From contig OZ219815.1 of assembly GCA_964291235.2 (NCBI GenBank), positions 916,645 to 980,644 of the forward strand: DNA of 64,000 nucleotides. Reading direction: 5' to 3'. Source of the stretch: Vicinamibacteria bacterium. GTDB taxonomy: Bacteria; Acidobacteriota; Vicinamibacteria; Marinacidobacterales; Marinacidobacteraceae. The translations under genes were made by a program, and so were the position numbers. Of the stretch, positions 44,782-54,853 are shown piece after piece (the first letter of the stretch is position 1; each line of letters begins with the position of its first letter). Under the pieces are notes generated by a model. The model was not told the DNA's origin. It ran no database searches and saw only the letters and a list, made by a program, of their open reading frames with translations.

Positions 44782-45498
44782 ATGACACCCACCGAGCCGG
44801 GGAGCCGTCCGCCCAGCGCGGCGGCGTTCTATGACCTCGACGGCACCCTGATTCGCACGAATCTCGTGCATGTCCTCGGTTACTACGCCCGCAATGATCA
44901 GGGCCTGCTCCGGAGCCTCAAGTCGAGCGCATCGACGCTCGTCGGCATTCCGCTTTTTCTGGCGACGGATTTCTATAGCCGCAAACTCTTCAACGATCTC
45001 TTCTTCAAGTGGTACCGCGGCCAGTCCTACGACCGGCTCCGCTCCCTCGCGGAGGATCTCTACCGGGACGTGATCCGCCCCGGCATCTTTCCGGGAACCC
45101 GGGCGCTCATCGAGCAGTCGCGACGGAGCGGTCTCCGCCAGGTCGTGGTCACGGGTGCGCTGGAAGTGTCCGTCCGTCCGTTGCTCGACGACCTCGGCAT
45201 CACGGAATTCGTTGCGAACCGGCTGGAATTCGCGGACGGCCGCGCTACCGGCCGGCTCGCGCCACCCGTCATGGCGAGCGCGAGCAAGGCTCTGTGGATC
45301 CGCGAATATGCGGAGCGCGAGGGCCTGTCGCTGAACGATAGTTATGCCTACGCCGACAGCATGTCCGATCTGCCCATGTTGAGCGTGGTGGGACATCCGA
45401 CGGCCGCCAACCCCGATGTCCGATTGAGGAGCACGGCGCGGCACCACGATTGGCCGGTCATCGATCTGAGCCGGCCCAACCTCACCCCCGCCCTGTGA
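44782..45498 (+). CDS. HAD-IB family hydrolase (SerB-like phosphatase fold)
   Basis: The start is set at MTPTEP (44782). Motif I AAFYDLDGTLIRTN, motif II VVVTGA, and AYADSMSDLPML (motif IV region). Confidence 0.75.
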   Translation: MTPTEPGSRPPSAAAFYDLDGTLIRTNLVHVLGYYARNDQGLLRSLKSSASTLVGIPLFLATDFYSRKLFNDLFFKWYRGQSYDRLRSLAEDLYRDVIRPGIFPGTRALIEQSRRSGLRQVVVTGALEVSVRPLLDDLGITEFVANRLEFADGRATGRLAPPVMASASKALWIREYAEREGLSLNDSYAYADSMSDLPMLSVVGHPTAANPDVRLRSTARHHDWPVIDLSRPNLTPAL

Positions 45499-45543
45499 CT
45501 TCGTCCCCGGGCTGCTAAGCCCTCCAGGAAGGACTTCCATTCC

Positions 45544-47142
45544 ATGACCCCCGCCCTGCGCCACAAGACCGATCCGGGCATCGTCTTCATCGACAACGAT
45601 TCGGCCGCCCGCGTCCTGCACTACGGCGAGGATTTTCTGGAAGAACATCTCCCGGTAGGCACCCGGGTGATCTATCCGCCGCCGCCGATCCGCGGCCTGC
45701 CGAATCCCCGCGGCGCGATACGGCACGCGCTGAATCATCCGCTCGGCTGCGATCCGCTCTACGCCCAGTTGCGTCCCGGAATGCGGGTCACGATCGCTCT
45801 CGACGACATCAGCCTCCCGCTGCCGCCGATGGCGACCCCCGATGTCCGCCAGACCGCCCTCGAGATCGTGCTTGAAATGCTCGGCGACCACGGGGTGGAC
45901 GACGTTCATCTGATCATCGCGAACTCCCTGCATCGGAAGATGACCGAATCGGAAATGCGCCGGATGGTGGGCCCGGACATCCACAAGGCGTTCCACCCGA
46001 ATCGCTATTACAACCACGATGCCGAGGATCCGAACGGCATGGTCCCGCTCGGAAAGACCAGGCACGGGGAGCCGGTGCGGGTCAATCGCCGGGTGACGGA
46101 GAGCGACCTCGTCATCTACCTGAACATCAACCTCGTTCCCATGGACGGGGGGCACAAGTCGGTGACGGTGGGACTTTGCGACTACGAGAGCCTGCGGCCG
46201 CATCACGAGCCGCAGACCATCCGCGATTCCGACGGTTACATGGATCCGGCCCGCTCCGCGCTCAGCCGCAAGGTGGACCGGATGGGGAAGATCGTGGACC
46301 GGCACCTGAACGTGTTTCACGTGGAAACGGTCCTCAACAACCGGATGTACTCGGACGCCCTTTCCTTCCTGGGGAAGGACGAGGATGAGTTCAGCGATCT
46401 CGATCGGCTGAAGCTCGCGGGAACGCGCTGGTCGCTCAGCCGTCTGCCGCCGGCGGCGAAGCGGAAATTCCTCCACCGCATCCCGGGAGCCTTTGAACTC
46501 ATCGGCTGCTATGCGGGCCGGACGGAACCGGTTCACGAGCGCACCCTCGAGCGTTCCTTCCAGCAGTACGCCGTCCCGGTGAAGGGGCAGTGCGACATCC
46601 TGCTTTCCGGGATTCCCTATATCTCGCCCTACAACGTGAACTCGATCCTGAACCCGCTGCTCGTGCAGGTGATGGGGCCCGGCTATCTCTTCAACCTCTA
46701 TCGGGGCAAACCGTTGATCAAGAAGGGCGGCACGCTCATCCTCGCCCATCCCTGCCACGACGAATTCGATCCTCTCTTCCATCCCAGTTACATCGAATTC
46801 TTCCACCGGTTGCTCCCGGAGACGCGGGATCCGTTCGTCCTGCGGACCAAGTACGAGGAGGAGTTCGCCCACAATCCGTCCTACGTCCAGATGTACCGGG
46901 ACGGGAACGCGTACCACGGGGCCCACCCGTTCTTCATGTGGTACTGGGGCGAAAACGGGCGTCAGCACGTCGGGCGGATCATCGTGGCCGGCGCGAAGAA
47001 CCAGCACGTTCCCGAGATCCTCGGTTGGGAGTCGGCGGAGACGGTGACCGAAGCCATCGCGATGGCGCGGAGCACCCACGGCCGCTCCGCGGAGATCTCG
47101 ATGCTCCACGTCCCGCCGATCATGATCCCCGACGTGTCCTGA
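45544..47142 (+). CDS. LarA-like (lactate racemase N-terminal / DUF2088 domain) protein
   Basis: 532 aa. The pattern [14 protein letters not shown]...[16 protein letters not shown]...[19 protein letters not shown] resembles the LarA/DUF2088 N-terminal domain. This is a family-level call from memory, not from a search. Confidence 0.6.
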   Translation: MTPALRHKTDPGIVFIDNDSAARVLHYGEDFLEEHLPVGTRVIYPPPPIRGLPNPRGAIRHALNHPLGCDPLYAQLRPGMRVTIALDDISLPLPPMATPDVRQTALEIVLEMLGDHGVDDVHLIIANSLHRKMTESEMRRMVGPDIHKAFHPNRYYNHDAEDPNGMVPLGKTRHGEPVRVNRRVTESDLVIYLNINLVPMDGGHKSVTVGLCDYESLRPHHEPQTIRDSDGYMDPARSALSRKVDRMGKIVDRHLNVFHVETVLNNRMYSDALSFLGKDEDEFSDLDRLKLAGTRWSLSRLPPAAKRKFLHRIPGAFELIGCYAGRTEPVHERTLERSFQQYAVPVKGQCDILLSGIPYISPYNVNSILNPLLVQVMGPGYLFNLYRGKPLIKKGGTLILAHPCHDEFDPLFHPSYIEFFHRLLPETRDPFVLRTKYEEEFAHNPSYVQMYRDGNAYHGAHPFFMWYWGENGRQHVGRIIVAGAKNQHVPEILGWESAETVTEAIAMARSTHGRSAEISMLHVPPIMIPDVS

Positions 47143-47148
47143 CCCGTC

Positions 47149-50100
47149 GTGCCTTCCCAGAACCCGCGCCCCCGGATCCACGTGGGCGAGGCCTTCTCCG
47201 GCCGGAGCATCCTGTTTCTTGGCGGGACCGGTTTTCTGGGCAAGGTGTGCCTCGGGATGCTCCTGGAGTTTTTTCCGGAGATTCGGCGCGTTTACCTCAT
47301 GGTTCGCGCCGCGGGCGAGGCGGAAAGCCGGGTCCGGTTCCAGGACATCATGGACAACTCCCCGGCGCTCTCGCCGCTCCGCGAGCGCCACGGGGCCGGC
47401 CTGTGGGATTTTCTGAACGAAAAGGTCGTCGTCCTCGGCGGAGACATCACGAGCGACAACCTCGGCTACTCGGACGAACGAGCCGCCGAGATCGCGGCGG
47501 ACATCGATCTCGTCCTCAACTGTTCGGGCCGGGTGACGTTCAACCCGTCCCTGGAGGCGGCCCTCCAGACCAACGTCCACGGGACGAGGAACACCATTGC
47601 CTTCGCCCGGCGAATGAAGCGGCCGGCCCTCGTCCACATCAGCACCTGCTTTGTCGCCGGAATGCGTTCCGGCGAGATTCGGGAGGACGAGCCGCTGATC
47701 GGCTACTTCCCGCGGCGCGACCGCGAGGACCAGGACTTCTCGGTGGAAAAGGAAATCGAGGACTGCGAACGCCTTGCGGTGCGGGTTCGCGACGAGGCTG
47801 AGGACAAGTCGCGCGTGGATGCCTTCCAGGAAGCGGCCCGCCGCCGGTTCGCCGAGGAAGGGCGCGACCCGGACGATGCGCGGGCGCTCTCACTCGCTAT
47901 CGCCCGGGAGCGGAAGGAATGGATCCGCCGCCGGCTCCGCGACCTCGGCATCGAAAAGGCCCAGGGTTGGGGCTGGCCGAACATCTATACCTACACGAAG
48001 AGCCTGGGCGACCAGCTCGTCGCCGGTGCGGAGGGGGTCGCCCGCGCGATCGTTCGCCCCGCGGTGGTGGAAAGCGCCCTTTCCTTCCCGCACACCGGAT
48101 GGAACGAGGGCTTTACCACCAGCGCTCCGCTGGTGAGGATGGCCCTCCGCGGCCAGAACCTCTTCCCGGTTGGCCCCGGGGTGGTCCTGGACGTCGTGCC
48201 GGTGGACCTCGTTGCTTCGGCCACCCTTGCGGTCGCCGCCGAAACCATCGTCTCGGAACCCCGCCTCGTCTATCAGGTAGCCGGCGGCGACCGGAATCCG
48301 GCGCGGGTCGAGAGGCTCGTGGACCTGGTCGGGATCTACAAGCGCCGTCACTTCCGCGACAAACCCACCGGGGTAAAGCTCTGGAACGAGGCGCTGGCCC
48401 GGATGGAGGCGCAGGCGGTCCGGGCGGACCGCTTCGAAAAACACACCCTCGAATGGATGCGCCGCTCCGCATCGGCGCTCTCCGGCGTCCTCGAGCGCAC
48501 GAGCGGCGAGCCGATCGGTCCCCTGGTGGGGGTCGTCGAATCCCTTCAGCGGAACGTGGATTCCTTCGAGGACTTCGTCACCCAGGGCGAGCGGCAGTAC
48601 CACACGTTCCGGCCGTTCATTGCCGGGGAAGAGTTCATCTTCCGCGCGGACAACACCCGGGATCTCTTCTCCCGTCTCGACGGAAACGACGGAAAACTCT
48701 TTTTCAATCCCGAGGAAATCGACTGGTACGACTACTGGCTCCACGTACACCTGCCGGGGCTCGAGAAGTGGGTCTTTCCGGCGCTCGAAGATCAGGAGCG
48801 TGGCCAGCGACGGGCGCAGCGGCGCGTCTATACCTACCGGACGATCAACGAGCTGTTCGAGGCGTGCACGAAGAACCACGCGGGCCGGGTCGCCATGCGA
48901 ATCACCCGCGGCGGCCGCGAGGAGCGGTACACCTACTCCGATCTCCGGGAGTGTGTCGTCCGGGGCGCAGCGTTTCTGGCCGCCCGGGGACTCGGGGCGG
49001 GCGATCACATCGGGCTGATCGGCGAGAACTCGCCGGAGTGGGGCATGGCGTATTTCGCCATCCAGCGGATCGGGGCGACCGCGATCCCTCTCGAGCGCGA
49101 CCTGCGGCGGCAGGAGATCCACCGGCTGCTCCGCCTGGGAGACGCCAAGGCCGTCTTGATGGGCGACTCACTCTACGAGCGGCATTCCGGACTCTCCAGC
49201 GACAACGGCTCCGAGCCGCCGGTGGCGGCGCATCCGTTTCGGGAAGTCTTCGCGCTGAGGCCGGAAACCGCGGACGAAGCGGAGGCTCCGGGGCCGGTGC
49301 GGACCAGTCCGGCGGCGCTGGCCTCCATCCTCTTTACTTCCGGAACGACCGGTACGCCGAAGGGTGTGATGCTGACGCACCGGAACTTCACCTCGCTGGT
49401 CGCGAAGCTGCTTTCCATTTACGACATCGGCGAGAAGGACGGCGCGCTCAGCATCCTGCCGCTCCACCATTCGTTCGAATTCACCACCGGTTTCCTGCTT
49501 CCACTCTCGCGGGGTGCGCAGATCGCCTATCTGGACGAGGTCGGTCCGGAGACGATCAATGCCGAACTGGCCAAGGGACACACCACCTGCATCGTGGGGG
49601 TTCCGGCGCTATGGGATCTGATGCGGCGGCGCATTCTGGCCCCCTTCGCGGAGCGGTCGCCGCGGGCGGAGGATCTCGCCACCGCCCTGATTGACGCCGC
49701 GCACCTGCTGAGGGAAGACACCGGGGTCAACATCGGCCCCGCGGTGTTCCTTCCCGTGCACACCGCGCTCGGGGGAAGGATCCGCTATCTCATCAGCGGC
49801 GCTGCGGCCCTTTCCGAGGCGACCTGGAAGGCTTTTCGGGGCCTCGGATTCCACATCGCCCAGGGATACGGTCTTACGGAGGCCGCGCCCGTGTTGACGG
49901 TTACCCCGCCGGACGGCCCGGTCCCGCTCGGCAGCGTCGGCAAGGCGCTTCCCGGCGTCGAAATCCGCATCGTGGACCCGGATGCTTCGGGTGTCGGCGA
50001 GGTCGCCGCCAAGGGCCCGAACGTCATGGCCGGGTACTACGGGAACGAGGAAGCGACCGCGGAAGCGCTTCGGGGCGGTTGGCTCTACACGGGCGACCTG

Positions 50101-51574
50101 GGACGGCTCGACGAGGCGGGACACCTCTTCCTGGTCGGTCGTCGCAAGGACGTCATCGTGGACAGCGGCGGGAAGAACATCTACCCGGACGAAGTGGAGG
50201 AAATCTACGCGGCGCCCGAGTTGATCGGCGAACTTGCCGTCGTTGGACTTCCCGACGGGATGGCCGAACAGGTGGCGGCGGTTGTCGTCCCCAAGGAGCA
50301 GACCGCGGAAGGGAGGCAGCGCGTCGAGAACCACTTCCGTTCCGTCTCGTCCCGGCTGCCACTGCACAAGCGCGTCAAGACGGTCGAATTCCGCGACGAA
50401 GCGCTTCCCCGAACCGCGACGCGCAAGGTGAAGCGCGCCGAGCTGGTGCGCTGGTTAGGCGACCGGCGGCGGGCAGCGGCCGCGGAAGCCGGAGAAGAGG
50501 CCGTTTCCGGGAATCGGATCCTTGAACTCGTGGCGTCCATCTGCGAGAGGCCGGTGTCCGAGATTCGGGCCTCGTCTTCCTTTGCGGAGCTTGGCTTCGA
50601 CAGCCTGATGTACAACGAACTCGCGGCGGAACTCGAGAGCGAATTCGGGGAGTCGTCAACGCCCGAAGCGCTCGCCAACATGAACACCATCTCGGAGCTG
50701 GTGCTCGCCATCCGGACGCCCCGCGCGGGCGCCAGGACGCGCCGCGCCCGCCGTCCCGAATCCGCCAGGAAGCGCGAGAAGGACGAGATCGAGATTCCGC
50801 CCGCGGTGGCGCGCGCCGGACGGCACACGCTTACCGAAGTCCAGCGGTGGTTCTACCACCAGGTTCTGGAGCCGACCTTCACGGGCCGTGCGCACATTCC
50901 GAATCACACGAACTATCTCGTCGTGGCGAATCACTCGTCGCACCTGGACATGGGGCTCGTAAAGATGGCTCTCGGCGAAGCGGGCTCGAACCTGGTGGCG
51001 CTCGCGGCTGCCGATTACTTCTTCGACAACCGCGTGAAGCGGACGTTCTTCGGCAATTTCACGAATCTCGTCCCCATGGAGCGCCGCGGCTCCCTCCGCG
51101 AGTCATTGGACCGGGCCGCCGCATACCTCAATCAGGGGCTACAGCGTGCTCGTGTTCCCCGAAGGAACACGCTCGCGGAGCGGCCGGATTCAGCCGTTCC
51201 GCCGCGGTTTTGCGCATCTGGCGTTTCGCTGCCGGATCGGCGTCCTGCCGATCCATCTCGACACCTGGAACGCGTTTCCGCCGGGCGCGGTCGGCCTCCG
51301 ATCGCGGACGATAGCGGCACGCATCGGGCCCTTCCTTTCGCATGATTTTCTGGCTCGATTCGCCGGGGGAGGCGTTCGCACGGCGGTGGCGGAGCAGCGA
51401 GTGACCGCTTTCGTGCAAACGATCGTCGAGCGCCTGGGCCGGCAGGAACCCGTGCAGTTCGAGCAGGAAGCGGCGCGCATCCTCCAGGACGAGCCGGCGA
51501 AGGACACCGACCCTCCGCGCCCCGCCGCTCCGCCCGCGGCAGAACCGATGCCCGACCCGACCCCGATCGGTTGA
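47149..51574 (+). CDS. ElbD-like multidomain lipid enzyme: fatty-acyl reductase (NAD-binding), acyl-AMP/CoA ligase, acyl carrier domain, PlsC-type acyltransferase; frame interrupted at the G-run 51135..51138
   Basis: ILFLGGTGFLGKVCL...YTYTKSLGDQL (FAR / thioester-reductase-like SDR). ILFTSGTTGTPKGVMLTHRNF...GWLYTGDLG...GGKNIYPDEVE (adenylate-forming domain). FAELGFDSLMYNELAAELE (phosphopantetheine Ser). VVANHSSHLD (HX4D). After the frameshift, ORF 51146..51574 begins VLVFPEGTRSRSGRIQPFRRG, completing the acyltransferase. Confidence 0.8.
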
Positions 51575-51592
51575 TCCCGAGCGGTTAGCGCA

Positions 51593-52594
51593 GTGACGTC
51601 GCCTCCCGTGCCCCGGACGCTGGTCACCGGCGCGACCGGCTTCCTGGGCAGCCACCTGATGCCTCTGCTCCTCGAGGGAGGAGAGCCCATCCGGGTGCTG
51701 GCCCGGCAACCCGCACCGGATCTCTCGGCCAGGGGCGTCGAGGTGATGATTGGTGACGTGGCTTCCGGGGCCGGGCTGGATGCGGCGCTCGACGGAGTCC
51801 GCCGGGTCTTCCATCTGGCTGGCCGGGTCTCACGGGATCCGGAAGCCGCCGCCAGTCTTTCGCGGGTGCACGTAGATGGCACCCGCACCCTGGCCCACGC
51901 TGCCCGCCGGGCGGGAGTGGAGCGGATCCTGCTCGTATCGACGAGCGGAACGATTGCGGTGTCCTGCGACCCCGAACCCGACTGTGACGAAACGGCGCCC
52001 GTTCCCATCGAACAGATCGGGCGCTGGCCGTACTACCGGAGCAAGTGGCTGCAAGAGCGGGCGCTCCTGGCGGATGCCGGGGAAATCGAGGTCGTGATCG
52101 TGAATCCCTCGCTGCTGCTCGGGCCGGGTGACGAACGGCTGTCCTCGACCGGAGACGTGCTTCGGTTTCTTTCCGGCCAGGTCAGCGTGGTTCCGCCCGG
52201 CGGGTTGAACTTCGTGGACGTCCGGGATGCCGCCGCCGGGGTCGCGGCTGCCATGACCAAGGGCCGCAGCGGCCAGCGGTACCTGCTGGGCGGTCACAAC
52301 TGGAGCTTTGCGGATTTCTTTCTCCGGCTTGGAGAGGTGTCCGGATCCCCCGCGCCGCGCGTACGCCTCCCGCGCGGTCTCTATACCGCCGGCGCGCTGT
52401 TGACGGAGGAAGTAGCGCGGCAGATCGGACGCGAACCGGCGGTGGATCGCGTCAGCCGGGAGATGGCCGCCTGCTACTGGTACTTCAGTTCGGAGAAGGC
52501 GACCCGGGAATTGGGCCACGATCCCCGCGACGGGCGGGTCACCCTGCTGGAGACCGTGAACTGGCTTCAGGGGAAGGATCCGGGGCTCTCCTGA
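51593..52594 (+). CDS. NAD-dependent epimerase/dehydratase family SDR
   Basis: LVTGATGFLGSHLMPLLL Rossmann motif and YYRSKWLQE (YxxxK). GTG start 19 nt after the elbD-like stop. Confidence 0.8.
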   Translation: MTSPPVPRTLVTGATGFLGSHLMPLLLEGGEPIRVLARQPAPDLSARGVEVMIGDVASGAGLDAALDGVRRVFHLAGRVSRDPEAAASLSRVHVDGTRTLAHAARRAGVERILLVSTSGTIAVSCDPEPDCDETAPVPIEQIGRWPYYRSKWLQERALLADAGEIEVVIVNPSLLLGPGDERLSSTGDVLRFLSGQVSVVPPGGLNFVDVRDAAAGVAAAMTKGRSGQRYLLGGHNWSFADFFLRLGEVSGSPAPRVRLPRGLYTAGALLTEEVARQIGREPAVDRVSREMAACYWYFSSEKATRELGHDPRDGRVTLLETVNWLQGKDPGLS

Positions 52595-53501
52595 TCCGGA
52601 CGGCGCCGGGCCTCACCGACAACTTCAGTTCGTCCCGCCAGCGGATGACATCTCCATCCACCTCGGAGAGCAGTTCGCGGCCGGATCCGGCGCGGAAGGA
52701 ATCGAGCGTCCCGATCACCGCGCACGCGATCCGGTGATGCTCGATCTCGCGCCGTCCGAAATGCGCCCCCCGGGTGAGGCGGGCTACTGCATCCACCACC
52801 GCCAGCGGACCGAGCGGCCCGATGATGACCGCGTCCAGGCGGCCGTCGCCGGGATCGGCGGCTGGAGCGAGGGGAATCCCACCGCCAAACCGGCGTGAGT
52901 TGAGGACCGTGAGGTCCAACAGCGTGCGGGGCCGCGGCGGGGTCTCGTCGAGGCCGACGCGGAGCGACAACGGCTGGAAGACGCTGATTTCGCGGACCGC
53001 GGCCGCTGCGTAGGTCGCCCGGCCGAGGCCACGGCCGGCGGAGGCTCTCGCGGCAACCGAGGCGGCGAGACCCAGCGAAAAGCTGTTCAGGAAGAAACGG
53101 GATGTCCCGGCGGTGTCCTCGATGTACCCGAGATCCGTGGGCAGCGCCGGCGTGCGGCGCAGGAAAGCGGCTGCTTCCGGGAGGCGGGAAGGGATTCCCG
53201 CCGCGCCCGCGAAGTCGTTCCCCGTACCACTGGAAAGCAGACCAAGTTCTGCGCTTCCGCCGGACCCGGCCAGACCGCGGGCCACCTCGGAGGCGGTGCC
53301 GTCCCCCCCGTAAGCGATCAACAAGGAGCGCGTGTGCGCTTCTGTCCGGGCGACCGCTTCCGCGTGGCCCGGCGCTTCGGTCCACACGAGATCGTGTGGG
53401 CCAAGCCTCTCGGTGAGAACCGCGGCCGCCGCCCGCCAGCGATCGCGACTGCTCCCGCCCCCGGCCTCGGGATTGGCAATCACCAGGGGAAGACTGCTCA
53501 T
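52539..53501 (-). CDS. Diacylglycerol-kinase-family lipid kinase (YegS/BmrU-like)
   Basis: LIAYGGDGTASEVARGL and SSGTGNDFA motifs. 320 aa. It overlaps the convergent SDR gene by 56 nt. Confidence 0.85.
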   Translation of the reverse strand: MSSLPLVIANPEAGGGSSRDRWRAAAAVLTERLGPHDLVWTEAPGHAEAVARTEAHTRSLLIAYGGDGTASEVARGLAGSGGSAELGLLSSGTGNDFAGAAGIPSRLPEAAAFLRRTPALPTDLGYIEDTAGTSRFFLNSFSLGLAASVAARASAGRGLGRATYAAAAVREISVFQPLSLRVGLDETPPRPRTLLDLTVLNSRRFGGGIPLAPAADPGDGRLDAVIIGPLGPLAVVDAVARLTRGAHFGRREIEHHRIACAVIGTLDSFRAGSGRELLSEVDGDVIRWRDELKLSVRPGAVRIRRAPDPSPEASSRSPAG

Positions 53502-53675
53502 CTCGACGGGGCGATCCCGAATATGCTACGAGCCTCTCGGCGCGGCGGGGCGAGCGGCCCGCTCTGACCGAGTGCCCTTGCCCGAATCTCTCTTGATGGC
53601 GCCCGTCCCGGCTCCCCCGCCCCGCCTGGAGCGCCGGCGAGCCGGGACTCCCCTCACACTTCGATCCGACGTCGC

Positions 53676-54407
53676 ATGAACCGGTTGTTTCATCATCTGG
53701 GCCGTTTCCTGGCCTCGCTCATGGCGGCGATTCGGGACGGCATTGCGCGCGGGATCATACGGGCGCGCGTTCCCGCCAATGCCGTCACCCTCGCCGGTCC
53801 GGTAGCCATGACGTTCATCTTCTGGCCGCTGATCGAAGGAGACCAGTGGATGGCTGGTTGGGTCGGCCTGCTCGCGATCACCTTCGACGCCCTGGACGGA
53901 GCCGTTGCCCGGGTGTCCCGCAGGGTGACGCGCTTCGGTGCGTACCTGGATTCGGTGGTGGACCGCTACGCGGACATTTTGCTCATGTTCGCGCTGCTGG
54001 CCTACCTGATCATCTACGTCGAGCCGTCCGAACGCACTGCCTGGTTCATCATCTGGTGTTTCGCCACCGCGGGCACCGTGGTGACGTCGTATGCCCGCGC
54101 CCGCGCCGAAAACGTGATTCCCGGCTGTGCCATCGGATTCCTGGAACGTCCGGAGCGCACCGTGGGGATCATCGTCGGGCTCGTTACCGGGAACGTCCAT
54201 CTTTCGTTGATCGTGGTAGCGATTTTCGGCAACCTGATCGCGGCACAGCGGATCTACTACACCCGCGCCATCCTCGATGGTCGGACGCCCGCGTCCGGGT
54301 TCCGTTTCTGGACCTATCGCCGCGGCAGTGCGGAGCACGCGATGCTGAGCACCGCGTGTTTCTTCTTCATCGTCCTTGGACACCTGCTGATTCCGGCGCC
54401 TGCCTGA
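53676..54407 (+). CDS. CDP-alcohol phosphatidyltransferase family protein
   Basis: DALDGAVARVSRRVTRFGAYLDSVVDRYAD matches D(x)2DG(x)2AR(x)8G(x)3D(x)3D. A multi-TM protein. Confidence 0.85.
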   Translation: MNRLFHHLGRFLASLMAAIRDGIARGIIRARVPANAVTLAGPVAMTFIFWPLIEGDQWMAGWVGLLAITFDALDGAVARVSRRVTRFGAYLDSVVDRYADILLMFALLAYLIIYVEPSERTAWFIIWCFATAGTVVTSYARARAENVIPGCAIGFLERPERTVGIIVGLVTGNVHLSLIVVAIFGNLIAAQRIYYTRAILDGRTPASGFRFWTYRRGSAEHAMLSTACFFFIVLGHLLIPAPA

Positions 54408-54422
54408 ACGGGCAGCACCCAA

Positions 54423-54457
54423 GAAAAAACCCCGCTGCCGCCGGGCGGCTGCGGGCC
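54423..54457 (-). terminator. Rho-independent terminator for the minus-strand operon 57690..54538
   Basis: On the minus strand: CCCGCAGCCG-CCCGG-CGGCAGCGGG (10-bp stem with one U-U mismatch) followed by GUUUUUUCUU. It lies about 80 nt after the stop at 54538. Confidence 0.55.
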
Positions 54458-54537
54458 GGTACGACGACCGCCGGAGAACGCGAGGTGCGTCTCCGGCGGC
54501 GCCGACAGCGGGTCGTCTGGTTGGACCCTAGGAGCAA

Positions 54538-54807
54538 CTACTCGACGTAGCTGTAACCGCAGTTCTCGCAGGTCCAGGTCCGTCCCTGGCGGTACATGAG
54601 AGCGCCGCACTGCGGGCACGCCCGCGTATCCTCGTCCCCGGGGTTCTCGCCGAAGAGAGCGTCGTAGTCGATTTCTTCTTCGGTTTCTTCGTCTTCCTTC
54701 TTCTCTTCTTCCTGCTGCTGGGCAGCCGCAAACGAGGCGGCGCCCACCACGCCAGCGAAGGCGAAGCCGGCCCTCCTGAGGAATGCGCGACGGTTCAGGT
54801 CGTCCAT
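54538..54807 (-). CDS. Small Tat-signal protein with an acidic linker and a C-terminal CxxC...CxxC zinc ribbon
   Basis: MDDLNRRAFLRRAGFAFAGVVGAASFAAAQ (twin-arginine signal with AxA site), the QQEEEKKEDEETEEEIDYD linker, then CPQCGALMYRQGRTWTCENCGY. Confidence 0.6.
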   Translation of the reverse strand: MDDLNRRAFLRRAGFAFAGVVGAASFAAAQQQEEEKKEDEETEEEIDYDALFGENPGDEDTRACPQCGALMYRQGRTWTCENCGYSYVE

Positions 54808-54853
54808 TTTCGTAATCTCCTGATGTTCGTGAATTGGGACTGCTGGCTGAGCC

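Noticed and set aside
44767-44784. GATAAT box 9 nt upstream of the HAD hydrolase ATG, suggesting a leaderless mRNA
   Set aside because: No convincing -35 element lies at the right spacing, and a single hexamer match is too weak to report as a feature.
44389-47637. Very long antisense ORFs (1082 aa here; also 10340..12130, 12689..14548, 47890..49122, 32951..34228, 39837..40607)
   Set aside because: Each lies antisense to or out of frame with a gene that has unmistakable family motifs. Their products are low-complexity Arg/Pro/Gly/His strings. Long stop-free frames are expected at this G+C content.
53526-54422. 298-aa - strand ORF opposite the CDP-alcohol phosphatidyltransferase
   Set aside because: The + strand product has the full D(x)2DG(x)2AR...G(x)3D(x)3D motif and TM segments. 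The - strand product is Arg/Gly/Pro-rich nonsense.
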